A stretch of DNA of 64,000 bases from Parcubacteria group bacterium (GTDB lineage: Bacteria; Patescibacteriota; Patescibacteriia; Buchananbacterales; UBA6539). Shown here piece after piece: positions 9,896-18,212 of this stretch (position 1 is the stretch's first letter; each line of letters begins with the position of its first letter). A model generated the notes under the pieces. The model had not been told where the DNA came from. It made no database searches and saw only the letters and a list, made by a program, of their open reading frames with translations. Both the position numbers and the translations under genes were made by a program. The stretch lies in the NCBI GenBank assembly GCA_002687175.1, contig NYZP01000034.1, forward strand, positions 27,951-91,950, written 5' to 3'.

Positions 9896-11152
9896 ATGGC
9901 AGAAAAAGAAATTATCGTCGGCCTTGATATCGGCTCAACCGCCATTAGATTGGCCGTGGGTCAAAATGTCGGTGACGATGAAGATAAAATTCATATCATT
10001 GGTTCAGCCGAAGTTCCGGCTGAAGGCATTAGCAAAGGTATCATCAGTAGTATTGAGGATGCTGTTTCTTCAATTTCTGCTTGTTTGGAAAAAGCTGAAC
10101 GGATGGTTGGTGTACCATTACAAACTGCCTGGGTAGGAATTTCCGGTAGTCATATAATTTCTCAAGAAAGTCAGGGAGTGGTCGCGGTAGCCAGAAGTAA
10201 TGGCGAAATTTCGGAAGATGATATTGAACGTTCAATCGATGCCGCCCGTATTGTGGCGACACCACCAGATTATGAAATTTTACACGTCATCCCAAAAAGT
10301 TTTACCGTTGATGGTCAGATAGGCATCAAAGATCCTTTGGGGATGACCGGCGTACGCCTGGAAGTTGATACTCAAATTATTCAAGGTTTAAGTTCACAGA
10401 TTAAAAATTTAACTAAGGCTGTTTATCGACCGGGAATTAATATTGAAGATTTAGTGCTGTCAATTTTGGCAACATCCGAAGCGGTGTTAAGTAGTCGACA
10501 AAAAGAATTAGGAGTTGTCGTTATTGATGTTGGTGGTGCGACGACCAGCATGGCAGTATTTGAAGAAGGAGATATTTTACACACCGCCGTGTTGCCGGTA
10601 GGTTCTGATCATATTACTTCGGACATCGCCATTGGTTTACGTATTGCCATTGATACTGCTGAAAAGATTAAGTTGGAATACGGTTCAGCCACCACTGACA
10701 AAATTTCCAAAAAAGACGAGATTGATATTGGTGAATTGGAGGGTCGAGAAAGCAATTTTGTGTCGAAAAAGTATGTCGTCGAGATAACCGAGGCTAGGGT
10801 GGAGGAAATCCTTGATAAGGTTGACGCCGAGTTGAAGAAGATTGATAAAAGTGGTAAACTTCCAGCAGGCGTTATTTTAACTGGCGGTGGAGCAAAATTA
10901 AACGGTTTAGTCGATGCAACTAAGAAAAATTTGCGTTTGCCGGCTAATTTAGGCAAGACTTTTAACATCACCAGCGCTATTGATAAGATCAATGATCCAG
11001 CTTTTTCTACTGCTATTGGCTTAGTTATCTGGGGATCCCAGTTAGTGGGTCAAAAAAGAGGTGGTGGTCTTGGTAAGTTGTTAAATAATCTACCAAACCT
11101 TAAAGGCTTAACAAACCAAGGTAAAAAATGGTTTAAAAAGATAATTCCTTAA
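9896..11152 (+). CDS. ftsA: Cell division protein FtsA
   Basis: N-terminal 'IVGLDIGSTAIRLAVGQ' actin-fold phosphate-1 motif. Length 418 aa, immediately upstream of ftsZ. Confidence 0.85.
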   Translation: MAEKEIIVGLDIGSTAIRLAVGQNVGDDEDKIHIIGSAEVPAEGISKGIISSIEDAVSSISACLEKAERMVGVPLQTAWVGISGSHIISQESQGVVAVARSNGEISEDDIERSIDAARIVATPPDYEILHVIPKSFTVDGQIGIKDPLGMTGVRLEVDTQIIQGLSSQIKNLTKAVYRPGINIEDLVLSILATSEAVLSSRQKELGVVVIDVGGATTSMAVFEEGDILHTAVLPVGSDHITSDIAIGLRIAIDTAEKIKLEYGSATTDKISKKDEIDIGELEGRESNFVSKKYVVEITEARVEEILDKVDAELKKIDKSGKLPAGVILTGGGAKLNGLVDATKKNLRLPANLGKTFNITSAIDKINDPAFSTAIGLVIWGSQLVGQKRGGGLGKLLNNLPNLKGLTNQGKKWFKKIIP

Positions 11153-11155
11153 TTT

Positions 11156-12325
11156 ATGGCTGAAATCAAACCGGAAATTGAAACGTTTGCGAAAATTAAA
11201 GTGGTAGGGGTTGGTGGTTCGGGGGGCGCTGCCATCAATAGGATGGTTCGCTCCAGATTAAAAGGAGTTGAATTTTTAGCGATTAATACCGATGTTCAGG
11301 CTTTACATCATTCTCAGGCTAATACTAAGCTTCATATTGGTAAAATGACCACCAGAGGCTTAGGGGCTGGTATGGATCCAGACATGGGAGGAAAAGCAGC
11401 TGAAGAAAGCCAGAGTGAAATACGCGATCTTTTAAAGGATGCTGACATGGTTTTTATAACCTGTGGTTTAGGCGGTGGTACGGGTACGGGCGCTGCGCCA
11501 ATTATTGCCAATATGGCAAAAGAAGCTGGGGCGTTGACCGTGGCCGTAGTCACTAAGCCATTTACCTTTGAAGGAGTGCAGCGACGTGAAATTGCCGAGC
11601 AAGGTTTTAATAATTTGAAAGACAAGGTAGATGCTATTGTAACGGTGCCAAATGATCGGCTGTTACAAATTATTGATAAAAAAACTTCTTTGCTGGAAGC
11701 TTTCAAAATATGTGATGATGTTTTAAAACAGGGTGTTCAGGGTATTGCTGAGTTAATAACTGTGCCGGGACTAGTTAATGTTGACTTTGCTGACGTTAAA
11801 ACCATTATGTCCGACACCGGTTCAGCTTTAATGGGTATTGGCCAGGGTAGTGGTGACAATCGGGCCGCTGAGGCTGCCAAGTCAGCAATCTCCAGTCCGC
11901 TTCTTGAATTATCAATTGATGGTGCTAGAGGAATTTTATTTACGGTTGTTGGTGGATCAAGCCTGGGAATGCACGAAGTTAACGAGGCTGCTAAAATTAT
12001 TACTCAATCGACTGATTCATCAGCGAAAGTTATTTTTGGCGCCGTGGTTGATGAAGATATGAAAGATGAGGTAAAAATTACGGTTATTGCTACTGGCTTC
12101 ACTGAACGAGACGGCAAGGGGATCAGTGAGTCGGTATTAAATCAAGATTCGGTTTATTCGCCCAGCGAGTTTGTTGCTAATCAAGAACCGGTTGAAGAAG
12201 TGCGCGAGGTTAAACGGGTACCAAAAAAGAAGGTAGCTAAGAAAACTGTTGTTAAAGATGTTGAAAAAACTGCCGAAGAGGAAGAATTAGAAATTCCCGC
12301 CTTCATTAGAAAAAAAATGAAATAA
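11156..12325 (+). CDS. ftsZ: Cell division GTPase FtsZ
   Basis: Tubulin signature 'GGGTGTGAAPIIA' and 'GVGGSGGAAINRM'. K/E-rich C-terminal tail. Confidence 0.9.
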   Translation: MAEIKPEIETFAKIKVVGVGGSGGAAINRMVRSRLKGVEFLAINTDVQALHHSQANTKLHIGKMTTRGLGAGMDPDMGGKAAEESQSEIRDLLKDADMVFITCGLGGGTGTGAAPIIANMAKEAGALTVAVVTKPFTFEGVQRREIAEQGFNNLKDKVDAIVTVPNDRLLQIIDKKTSLLEAFKICDDVLKQGVQGIAELITVPGLVNVDFADVKTIMSDTGSALMGIGQGSGDNRAAEAAKSAISSPLLELSIDGARGILFTVVGGSSLGMHEVNEAAKIITQSTDSSAKVIFGAVVDEDMKDEVKITVIATGFTERDGKGISESVLNQDSVYSPSEFVANQEPVEEVREVKRVPKKKVAKKTVVKDVEKTAEEEELEIPAFIRKKMK

Positions 12326-12413
12326 AACAAGAACAAAACCAATAAAAAAGTAAAATAATAAAAAAAGCAAAAAAGTTCCAAAAAGAAAAAAATAAAGTAG
12401 TGCGAGGTTGAAA

Positions 12414-12445
12414 ATTTATAATAAGACACCAGGTCTTATTTTTTA
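12414..12445 (+). terminator. Rho-independent terminator after ftsZ
   Basis: Stem 'ataagac'/'gtcttat' (12421-27 / 12433-39) with a 5-nt loop, followed by a T6 run. Confidence 0.55.
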
Positions 12446-12520
12446 GTCGCCAGAATGGTGAGCTAAACTTTTTTAGTCGCCAGAATTTCGGGCTAAACTT
12501 TTTTAGTCGATAATAACGGT
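12439..12520 (+). repeat. About 2.5 tandem copies of a 30-bp unit 'ttttttagtcgccagaatNNNgNgctaaac' in the nrdJ upstream region (possible operator/regulatory array)
   Basis: Copy 1 at 12439-12468 and copy 2 at 12469-12498 differ at 4 positions. A truncated third copy 'ttttttagtcga' follows at 12499-12510. Confidence 0.6.
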
Positions 12521-12587
12521 TGACATTTAATAGGTAGAATATTTCTAGCTGGTAAATGCTAATTGTTATACTTTATATATTAAAAAT

Positions 12588-14999
12588 ATGATATTAGGAT
12601 TAGGAGAACAAAAAGTAAAAATAGCAAAAAATGCCATGAAGGTGCTGGAAAGTCGTTATCTTCTTAAAGATGAAGAGGGTAACGTGATCGAAAAACCACT
12701 AGAAATGTTTAAGCGAGTGGCCAGTCACATTATTAAAGCTGAAGATCAATATAAGGTTGATAAAGAAAAGAAGGAACAGTTGGAAAAAGCCTTTTTGGAA
12801 ATCATGATTAATTTGGAGTTTTTGCCAAACAGTCCGACTTTTAGTGGAGCGGGAACTAAGCTTGGTCAACTAGCAGCTTGTTTTGTACTCCCAGTTGGCG
12901 ATTCGATGAATGAAATTTTTGAATCAATTAAAAATACTGCTTTAATACATAAGTCAGGTGGTGGTACGGGATTTGCTTTTTCACGTTTGCGACCGGCCAA
13001 AGACCCAGTTCGCTCAACCAGTGGTATGGCTTCCGGGCCAATTTCCTTTATGAACGTTTTTGATGCTGCTACCGAGACCATTAAACAAGGTGGTACCAGG
13101 CGCGGAGCTAACATGGGAATCCTCAGAGTGGATCATCCTGATATCATGGAATTCATTACCGCCAAAGAGGATAATGATAAATTAAATAATTTTAATATTT
13201 CGGTGGCTATTACTGATAAGTTTATGGAAGCCTTGGAGAAAGATGAAGAGTACGATTTAGTTAATCCTCATGACAATAAAGTTTTTGGTCAGTTAAAAGC
13301 TAAAGAAGTTTGGGCGAAGATTCTCCATCACGCTTGGAAGAATGGTGATCCTGGACTTATTTTTATTGATCAAATAAATCGACAGAATCCAACCAGACAC
13401 ATTGGTTTGATTGAAAGTACCAATCCTTGTGGTGAACAACCATTGTTGCCCTATGAATCATGCAATTTGGGGTCCATTAATTTGTCTAATTTTGTTAAAG
13501 AGAAAAAGATTGATTATAATAGATTGAAAGATGTAATTGAAGTATCGATTAGATTTTTGGACAATGTGATTGACATGAATCGTTATCCGCTTAAAGAGAT
13601 TGAGCAGATGACCAAAAATAATCGTAAAGTTGGTTTAGGCGTGATGGGCTGGGCGGATATGTTGATTAAGCTTGGCATTGCCTATAATTCTACAGAAGCG
13701 ATTGACCTTGCCGATGAACTGATGAGTTTCATTCGAAAACATGCTGATAAAGCTTCAGTGGCTTTGGCTAAAGAAAAAGGAGTTTTTCCAAATTTTGAAG
13801 GTAGTAGTTACGACACTCCTGACAGTGAAGGGATGCGAAATTCTACTCGAACGACAGTCGCGCCAACCGGTACTTTAAGTATTATTGCTTCCTGCTCTTC
13901 AGGGATTGAACCAATTTTTGCTTTAGCTTATGTTCGTCGGTCACACATTGGCAGAAAAGGTGACGATTGGGTTGAGTTAATTGAAGTTAATCCCGAGTTT
14001 GAACGTATTGCTAAAGAACGAGGATTTTACTCTAAGGAATTGATGGAAAAAATTTCGCAATCAAATTCCATTCAAGATTTTGAAGAAATTCCTGATGATG
14101 TTAAAAAAGTATTTGTCACTGCCTACGATACTTTGCCAGAATGGCATGTTCGAATGCAAGCAGCTTGGCAGAAACATATTGATCAAGCGGTGTCCAAGAC
14201 CATTAATTTCCCTAACGATGCTTCGGAAGCTGATGTTGCCAAAGCTTATATTTTGGCCCACGAAACTGGTTGCAAGGGAATTACTATTTATCGTGATGGC
14301 AGTCGGGCAGTGCAAGTTTTATCAACTGGTAAAACCAAAAAAGATGCTAAGGCTACTTCTGACTCGGAAGCGCCGGAACAGCCATTCTATAAAAGAGAAC
14401 GGCCAACAGCAATGCGAGGCACAACCTACAAGAATAATATTTCCTATGGAGATCTATATGTCACCATTAATGATGATGAACAAGGCAATCCGTTTGAAAT
14501 TTTTGCGACTATTGGCAAGGCCGGTGGATTTTTCTCGGCCAAGTCAGAAGCGATTTGTCGTTTAGCCTCCCTTTCTCTAAGGGCTGGTATTCCACCCGAA
14601 GAAGTTATTGCTCAAATCAAAGGGATTCGTGGACCAATGCCATCATGGAGTGAAGGTGGTATGGTGCTGTCATTACCAGATGCTATTGCTCAGATTATGA
14701 TAAGACACATTACTAAAGAACAACCTAAGCTCGGTTTAGAATTTAAGTCACAAAGCAGTGAACAAATTAGCAAAGAGGGCATGGGTCAGCCAGCAGTTAA
14801 CCCAATTGCTAACCCAGTTCCCAGCCCAATACCAGTTGCCGTTGGCACTGGTAATCAAAATGGTAATCCAAACGGGGTAACCATTAAACGTGAAATAGCT
14901 GATTACGGTACGGCTCCAGAATGTCCGGAGTGTAGCAGTATCCTAGAAATTTCTGAAGGCTGTTTAAAGTGTAACGGTTGTGGTTATACACATTGCTAG
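12588..14999 (+). CDS. nrdJ: Class II adenosylcobalamin-dependent ribonucleotide reductase (NrdJ) with a C-terminal Cys-rich tail
   Basis: Active-site region 'NPCGEQPLLPYESCNLGSINLS' and overall RNR class II architecture. C-terminal 'CPECSSILEISEGCLKCNGCGYTHC' tail. The start could alternatively be an internal ATG near 12636. Confidence 0.85.
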   Translation: MILGLGEQKVKIAKNAMKVLESRYLLKDEEGNVIEKPLEMFKRVASHIIKAEDQYKVDKEKKEQLEKAFLEIMINLEFLPNSPTFSGAGTKLGQLAACFVLPVGDSMNEIFESIKNTALIHKSGGGTGFAFSRLRPAKDPVRSTSGMASGPISFMNVFDAATETIKQGGTRRGANMGILRVDHPDIMEFITAKEDNDKLNNFNISVAITDKFMEALEKDEEYDLVNPHDNKVFGQLKAKEVWAKILHHAWKNGDPGLIFIDQINRQNPTRHIGLIESTNPCGEQPLLPYESCNLGSINLSNFVKEKKIDYNRLKDVIEVSIRFLDNVIDMNRYPLKEIEQMTKNNRKVGLGVMGWADMLIKLGIAYNSTEAIDLADELMSFIRKHADKASVALAKEKGVFPNFEGSSYDTPDSEGMRNSTRTTVAPTGTLSIIASCSSGIEPIFALAYVRRSHIGRKGDDWVELIEVNPEFERIAKERGFYSKELMEKISQSNSIQDFEEIPDDVKKVFVTAYDTLPEWHVRMQAAWQKHIDQAVSKTINFPNDASEADVAKAYILAHETGCKGITIYRDGSRAVQVLSTGKTKKDAKATSDSEAPEQPFYKRERPTAMRGTTYKNNISYGDLYVTINDDEQGNPFEIFATIGKAGGFFSAKSEAICRLASLSLRAGIPPEEVIAQIKGIRGPMPSWSEGGMVLSLPDAIAQIMIRHITKEQPKLGLEFKSQSSEQISKEGMGQPAVNPIANPVPSPIPVAVGTGNQNGNPNGVTIKREIADYGTAPECPECSSILEISEGCLKCNGCGYTHC

Positions 15000-15027
15000 T
15001 TAAAGTTTAAATATAAAAGAGAAATAA

Positions 15028-15062
15028 AAACAAACCCCTACTAGGCAGGGTTTGTTTTTTAA
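15028..15062. terminator. Bidirectional hairpin terminator between nrdJ and the convergent minus-strand gene
   Basis: Stem 'aaacaaacccct' ... 'agggtttgttt' followed by a T-run on the plus strand. Confidence 0.5.
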
Positions 15063-15137
15063 TATTATATAAAAAAACGGTAGTAAGCACTTAGCTTGCT
15101 ACCGATGAAGTACAATGAACCTTTGGTTGGTTCTGGT

Positions 15138-15659
15138 TTATGTCTCCTCTTGCCTGTTCTTTGCGAGAGCTTTTTCGAACATTTTTTGCATCTCTTCTTC
15201 CAGGCTCCACCGGGGAATCGGTTCTGCGTACCAGTTAGCGTCGAATAGGAGCTTGGAAAATTCCAGTAACTCTTCCCAGCTTGCGTCGCCATGAGTAAAT
15301 TGGAGAAATCCTACCTCAACTTCAGAGCTGTCCAATTCGACTGTTATCGCACTGAGAAGCGAGCATCCGGGCGGACCCATCGCTATTTCTCCTTCGTTGG
15401 TTAGTGTGGTAGTGGCGAGGTCGAACCAGAGCCAATGAGAGTCAGAAAACTCGAACCGCGGATTACGCCAGTCATCGCTACTCATACTCCGCCTAACACC
15501 AATGACGCCTGGGGCGAATTCCTGAACCTCCGCCGGAGATCCGTAGAAGGTCGGAGGGTCTTCCTCTTTGGCTACTACCAGAAGTTGCTTTCCTGTTAGC
15601 TTTTGCCGTTCTTCGGTATCGGTCATGACCTTTTCCTCTCGAGTCATTTTCACGATCAT
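15138..15659 (-). CDS. Hypothetical protein in a GC-elevated segment with its own promoter and terminator
   Basis: The listed ORF is 15138..15701; the likely start is 'MIVKMTREEK' (15659) or the 'MTDTEE' ATG (15626, preceded by a 'gagga' SD). A minus-strand promoter TTGACA-17-GATAAT lies around 15716-15688, and a minus-strand terminator hairpin at 15066-15110. GC is visibly higher than in neighbouring genes. Confidence 0.45.
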   Translation of the reverse strand: MIVKMTREEKVMTDTEERQKLTGKQLLVVAKEEDPPTFYGSPAEVQEFAPGVIGVRRSMSSDDWRNPRFEFSDSHWLWFDLATTTLTNEGEIAMGPPGCSLLSAITVELDSSEVEVGFLQFTHGDASWEELLEFSKLLFDANWYAEPIPRWSLEEEMQKMFEKALAKNRQEET

Positions 15660-15727
15660 TTTAGTTGACCTAGAACAATATATCTTATTATTATCACGCA
15701 TTATATTTAATTGTCAAGACTATCTTA

Positions 15728-16267
15728 TTGGTTTATAATAATGTAATGAAAAGCGACCTGGGAAAAATCCATGTCTACACTGGTGACGGCAAAGGAAAAA
15801 CCACTTCGTCATTTGGTTTAACCATGCGCGCCATTGGTGCCGGCTATAAAGTTTATATTATTCAGTTTCTCAAAGGTCAGGACTATAGTGAATTAAAGAT
15901 CATAAAAAAATTGCCTAAAGTTGGTTTTAAACGTTTTGGTCTAAAAACTTTTGTTTATCAAAAAGGCACCAGAGTGGACAAGAGTTTAGCCAAGCAGGCT
16001 TTAGACTGGTCATTCAAAATTGTTAAGTCGGGAAAATATGACATGGTAATCTTAGACGAAATATTTCCCGCAGTTTTTTTTAAACTTATTAAAAACAGTG
16101 ACATCATAAAAATTATCAAAGCCAAGCCAGAAAATGTTGAGCTGGTAATGACTGGCCGTCGGGCTCCTGAGCAAGTTATTAAATTGGCTGATTACGTTAC
16201 TGATATGAAAGAAGTTAAACATCCTTACCAAAAAGGCTTGGTGGCCAGGAAGGGGATTGAGGATTAG
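15728..16267 (+). CDS. cobO: Cob(I)alamin (corrinoid) adenosyltransferase, CobA/CobO/BtuR family
   Basis: 'IHVYTGDGKGKTTSSFGLTMRAIGAGYKVYIIQFLKG' matches the P-loop and N-terminal signature of CobA-type ATP:corrinoid adenosyltransferases. The start may be the ATG at 15746. Confidence 0.7.
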   Translation: MVYNNVMKSDLGKIHVYTGDGKGKTTSSFGLTMRAIGAGYKVYIIQFLKGQDYSELKIIKKLPKVGFKRFGLKTFVYQKGTRVDKSLAKQALDWSFKIVKSGKYDMVILDEIFPAVFFKLIKNSDIIKIIKAKPENVELVMTGRRAPEQVIKLADYVTDMKEVKHPYQKGLVARKGIED

Positions 16268-16270
16268 GTT
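16251..16270 (+). repeat. Direct repeat A (20/20 identical with 17998-18017): the 3' end of cobO, encoding '...VARKGIED*'
   Basis: 'aggggattgaggattaggtt' recurs 1.73 kb downstream. The second copy still encodes 'VVARKGIED*' but with synonymous codon changes (gcc agg -> gct aga). Confidence 0.8.
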
Positions 16271-16289
16271 GTAGGAGATTATTGTTGAT

Positions 16290-16540
16290 TGGCATTATCA
16301 TCAAGGTTGTCATAAATTTAGTGGCCCAGCCCTGAAGGGCAGGGCTATCGTGTAATTGTTATAAGCAGGTGACGAGAGTAGTCCCGCCGGAGGCGGGGCT
16401 TTATTGTATATCCCTGGACTAAAGGATTGGCCTGGGCGAAGGTGGGTACTGAGGTAGATCCATCCATCATTTTATGGGTACGGGGGGGTTGAGAAGGTTG
16501 GGGTAGGGTTTGAAATAGTAAGGGAGTTGATGTAATATAG
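16290..16540 (+). other. GC-rich, hairpin-dense noncoding segment at the left end of the insertion
   Basis: Hairpins 'gccc(a)gccct-UGAA-gggc(a)gggc' (16323-16344) and 'ccgcc-gga-ggcgg' (16385-16397), followed by a G-rich tract (16473-16512). Confidence 0.4.
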
Positions 16541-16544
16541 ATTT

Positions 16545-17978
16545 ATGGAAAGAGAATTAAATTACAATCCAGAAGCTGAGGTTCGCAAGGAACGCACTTC
16601 TCTAAGGGAAATTTTTACTTTAGCAAAAGGCAAAATAGTTGAAGAGCTAATAAAATTTTTGTCGAAAAAAGATGACGAAAAAGTTGAAGCATATGTTAAA
16701 AAGGTGGGAAAAATGGCTGATCTTAATAGAGCCACTGGAGATTTTTTTCGTTCACTTATACCACAATCCTTAAATCTCCCGCAACGGGAATATGAGCATA
16801 CCGATGAAAGAAATGTATATGAGCATCTTGTTGACAATGCGCAATCTGTCCAACAACGTCGTCATCAACAACCAGAAACTATCTCTGGAGAATCTTATAA
16901 AGATTATGCAGATAATCTAGATGACCCCAGTCTTTCTGAAGCCTCGGAAAAAATCAGTGCAGTAGAGGAATCTGAAACTGGTGGGGTTAAGACTCAAAGT
17001 GCAATAGCGTCATATTCACAGGAAGGTGGAAAGAATGTAGTTAGAGAATTTGTTTATAATAATTTTCATACAATGAAAGATGGCAGAGCAGTTAGTTTAT
17101 CATATGCCGCACTCTTGATCGTAGATATTAAAAGTGGTCAAGGAATCGAATTAAAACAATTACTGCCTACTGGCTATGAATTTGTTCCTTCTCAACTTAA
17201 CGAGAGGACTCTTGAATTAGTCAAGGAGAAGGGAGAATCAAGCTCAAAGCTCATCTCACGTTTAATGCGTCATGACCTTAAGGAATACAGAGGAACGAAA
17301 GAAGCAAAGGACAATTTTGTCCTTGCAGGGAAAAAGGTGGAGTATGGCGATCTAACTGAAAAAGGAGGTATGCTATCTCTCTTACATGAGATTGCTCATA
17401 GCTGGCAAAGGGCTCATGATTTGGCAGAAGGGCGATATAACTTTGAAGATTTTTATAAAGAAGTTGGCCTGGAAGTAGCAGTGTTAAATTCTATCAGGAA
17501 AGAAGTTGAAGCAGGAGAATGGGAGCAAGAAGATTATCAAAACAGAGTTCTACCCGAGACGATAGCTGACCTAAAGAAGATTGGTGTAGAAATTGACGAA
17601 GATTATTTTTACCAGACAGACAGACCTGGTCGAAAAGGAGAAATTCGGATAAGAAGGTTGGGCGAAGAGCTACCTAGTGGTGAGTACTCATATGATCACT
17701 TTTTTATCAAAACTGATAAACTTGCCCCCTTGGTTGATGATTACGCCAGAGAAGAACGAGATGCCTGGGCTCATGCCATTCGAGTTTTGCGTTTCTTAAG
17801 AAAAAAAGGGATTGATCTTGAACCACAGCTTAAGAGCTCAAAAGATTTTAGAGAAATTATTGACCCCGCTTTAGGCTCGTATCAAAAAAGTTTAGACAAG
17901 GAAGTTGAGTTTTCCGCCGAACCTGAAAGTAGAAAATTTCTTCGAAGAAAATCAATTGACCAAGCAGATGCGGTCTGA
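16545..17978 (+). CDS. Hypothetical 477-aa protein with an HExxH motif ('LLHEIAHSW'), possibly metallopeptidase-like, encoded inside the insertion
   Basis: The ORF is intact. I recognise no family fold beyond the HEIAH motif. GC is intermediate to high. Confidence 0.4.
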   Translation: MERELNYNPEAEVRKERTSLREIFTLAKGKIVEELIKFLSKKDDEKVEAYVKKVGKMADLNRATGDFFRSLIPQSLNLPQREYEHTDERNVYEHLVDNAQSVQQRRHQQPETISGESYKDYADNLDDPSLSEASEKISAVEESETGGVKTQSAIASYSQEGGKNVVREFVYNNFHTMKDGRAVSLSYAALLIVDIKSGQGIELKQLLPTGYEFVPSQLNERTLELVKEKGESSSKLISRLMRHDLKEYRGTKEAKDNFVLAGKKVEYGDLTEKGGMLSLLHEIAHSWQRAHDLAEGRYNFEDFYKEVGLEVAVLNSIRKEVEAGEWEQEDYQNRVLPETIADLKKIGVEIDEDYFYQTDRPGRKGEIRIRRLGEELPSGEYSYDHFFIKTDKLAPLVDDYAREERDAWAHAIRVLRFLRKKGIDLEPQLKSSKDFREIIDPALGSYQKSLDKEVEFSAEPESRKFLRRKSIDQADAV

Positions 17979-17982
17979 AATG

Positions 17983-18017
17983 ACGTGGTTGCTAGAAAGG
18001 GGATTGAGGATTAGGTT
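17983..18017 (+). pseudogene. Displaced partial duplicate of the cobO 3' end (direct repeat B)
   Basis: A short frame 'NDVVARKGIED*' ends in the same 20-bp sequence as cobO. The identity is higher at the protein level than at the DNA level. Confidence 0.6.
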
Positions 18018-18212
18018 ATAGTAAAGTTAATATAGTTTGCTAAATAAAATCGCCATAGTGATAGATGACGATTTTTTTGACAGAAATCAGTTTGATTATT
18101 TTCTTATTTCGTGATAAAACAAGCTTATTATTGCACTTTGAAATTACCATAACACAAATTTGTGTTTACCAATTTAAATCCGGAAGCGGGTAGCTTACAA
18201 GGAGAAGGCACC

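Noticed and set aside
12541-12587. Looked for an NrdR box (acaCwAtATaTwGtgt-like palindrome) upstream of nrdJ.
   Set aside because: No convincing palindrome of that form. The only striking feature is the 30-bp direct-repeat array, which I report separately.
16290-16540. Considered that the GC-rich hairpin region is a group II intron 5' end, tmRNA, SRP RNA or RNase P RNA.
   Set aside because: No GUGYG 5' end, domain V, tRNA-like 3' end, or CR-I/CR-IV/CR-V motifs in the correct order. The neighbouring ORF lacks reverse-transcriptase motifs.
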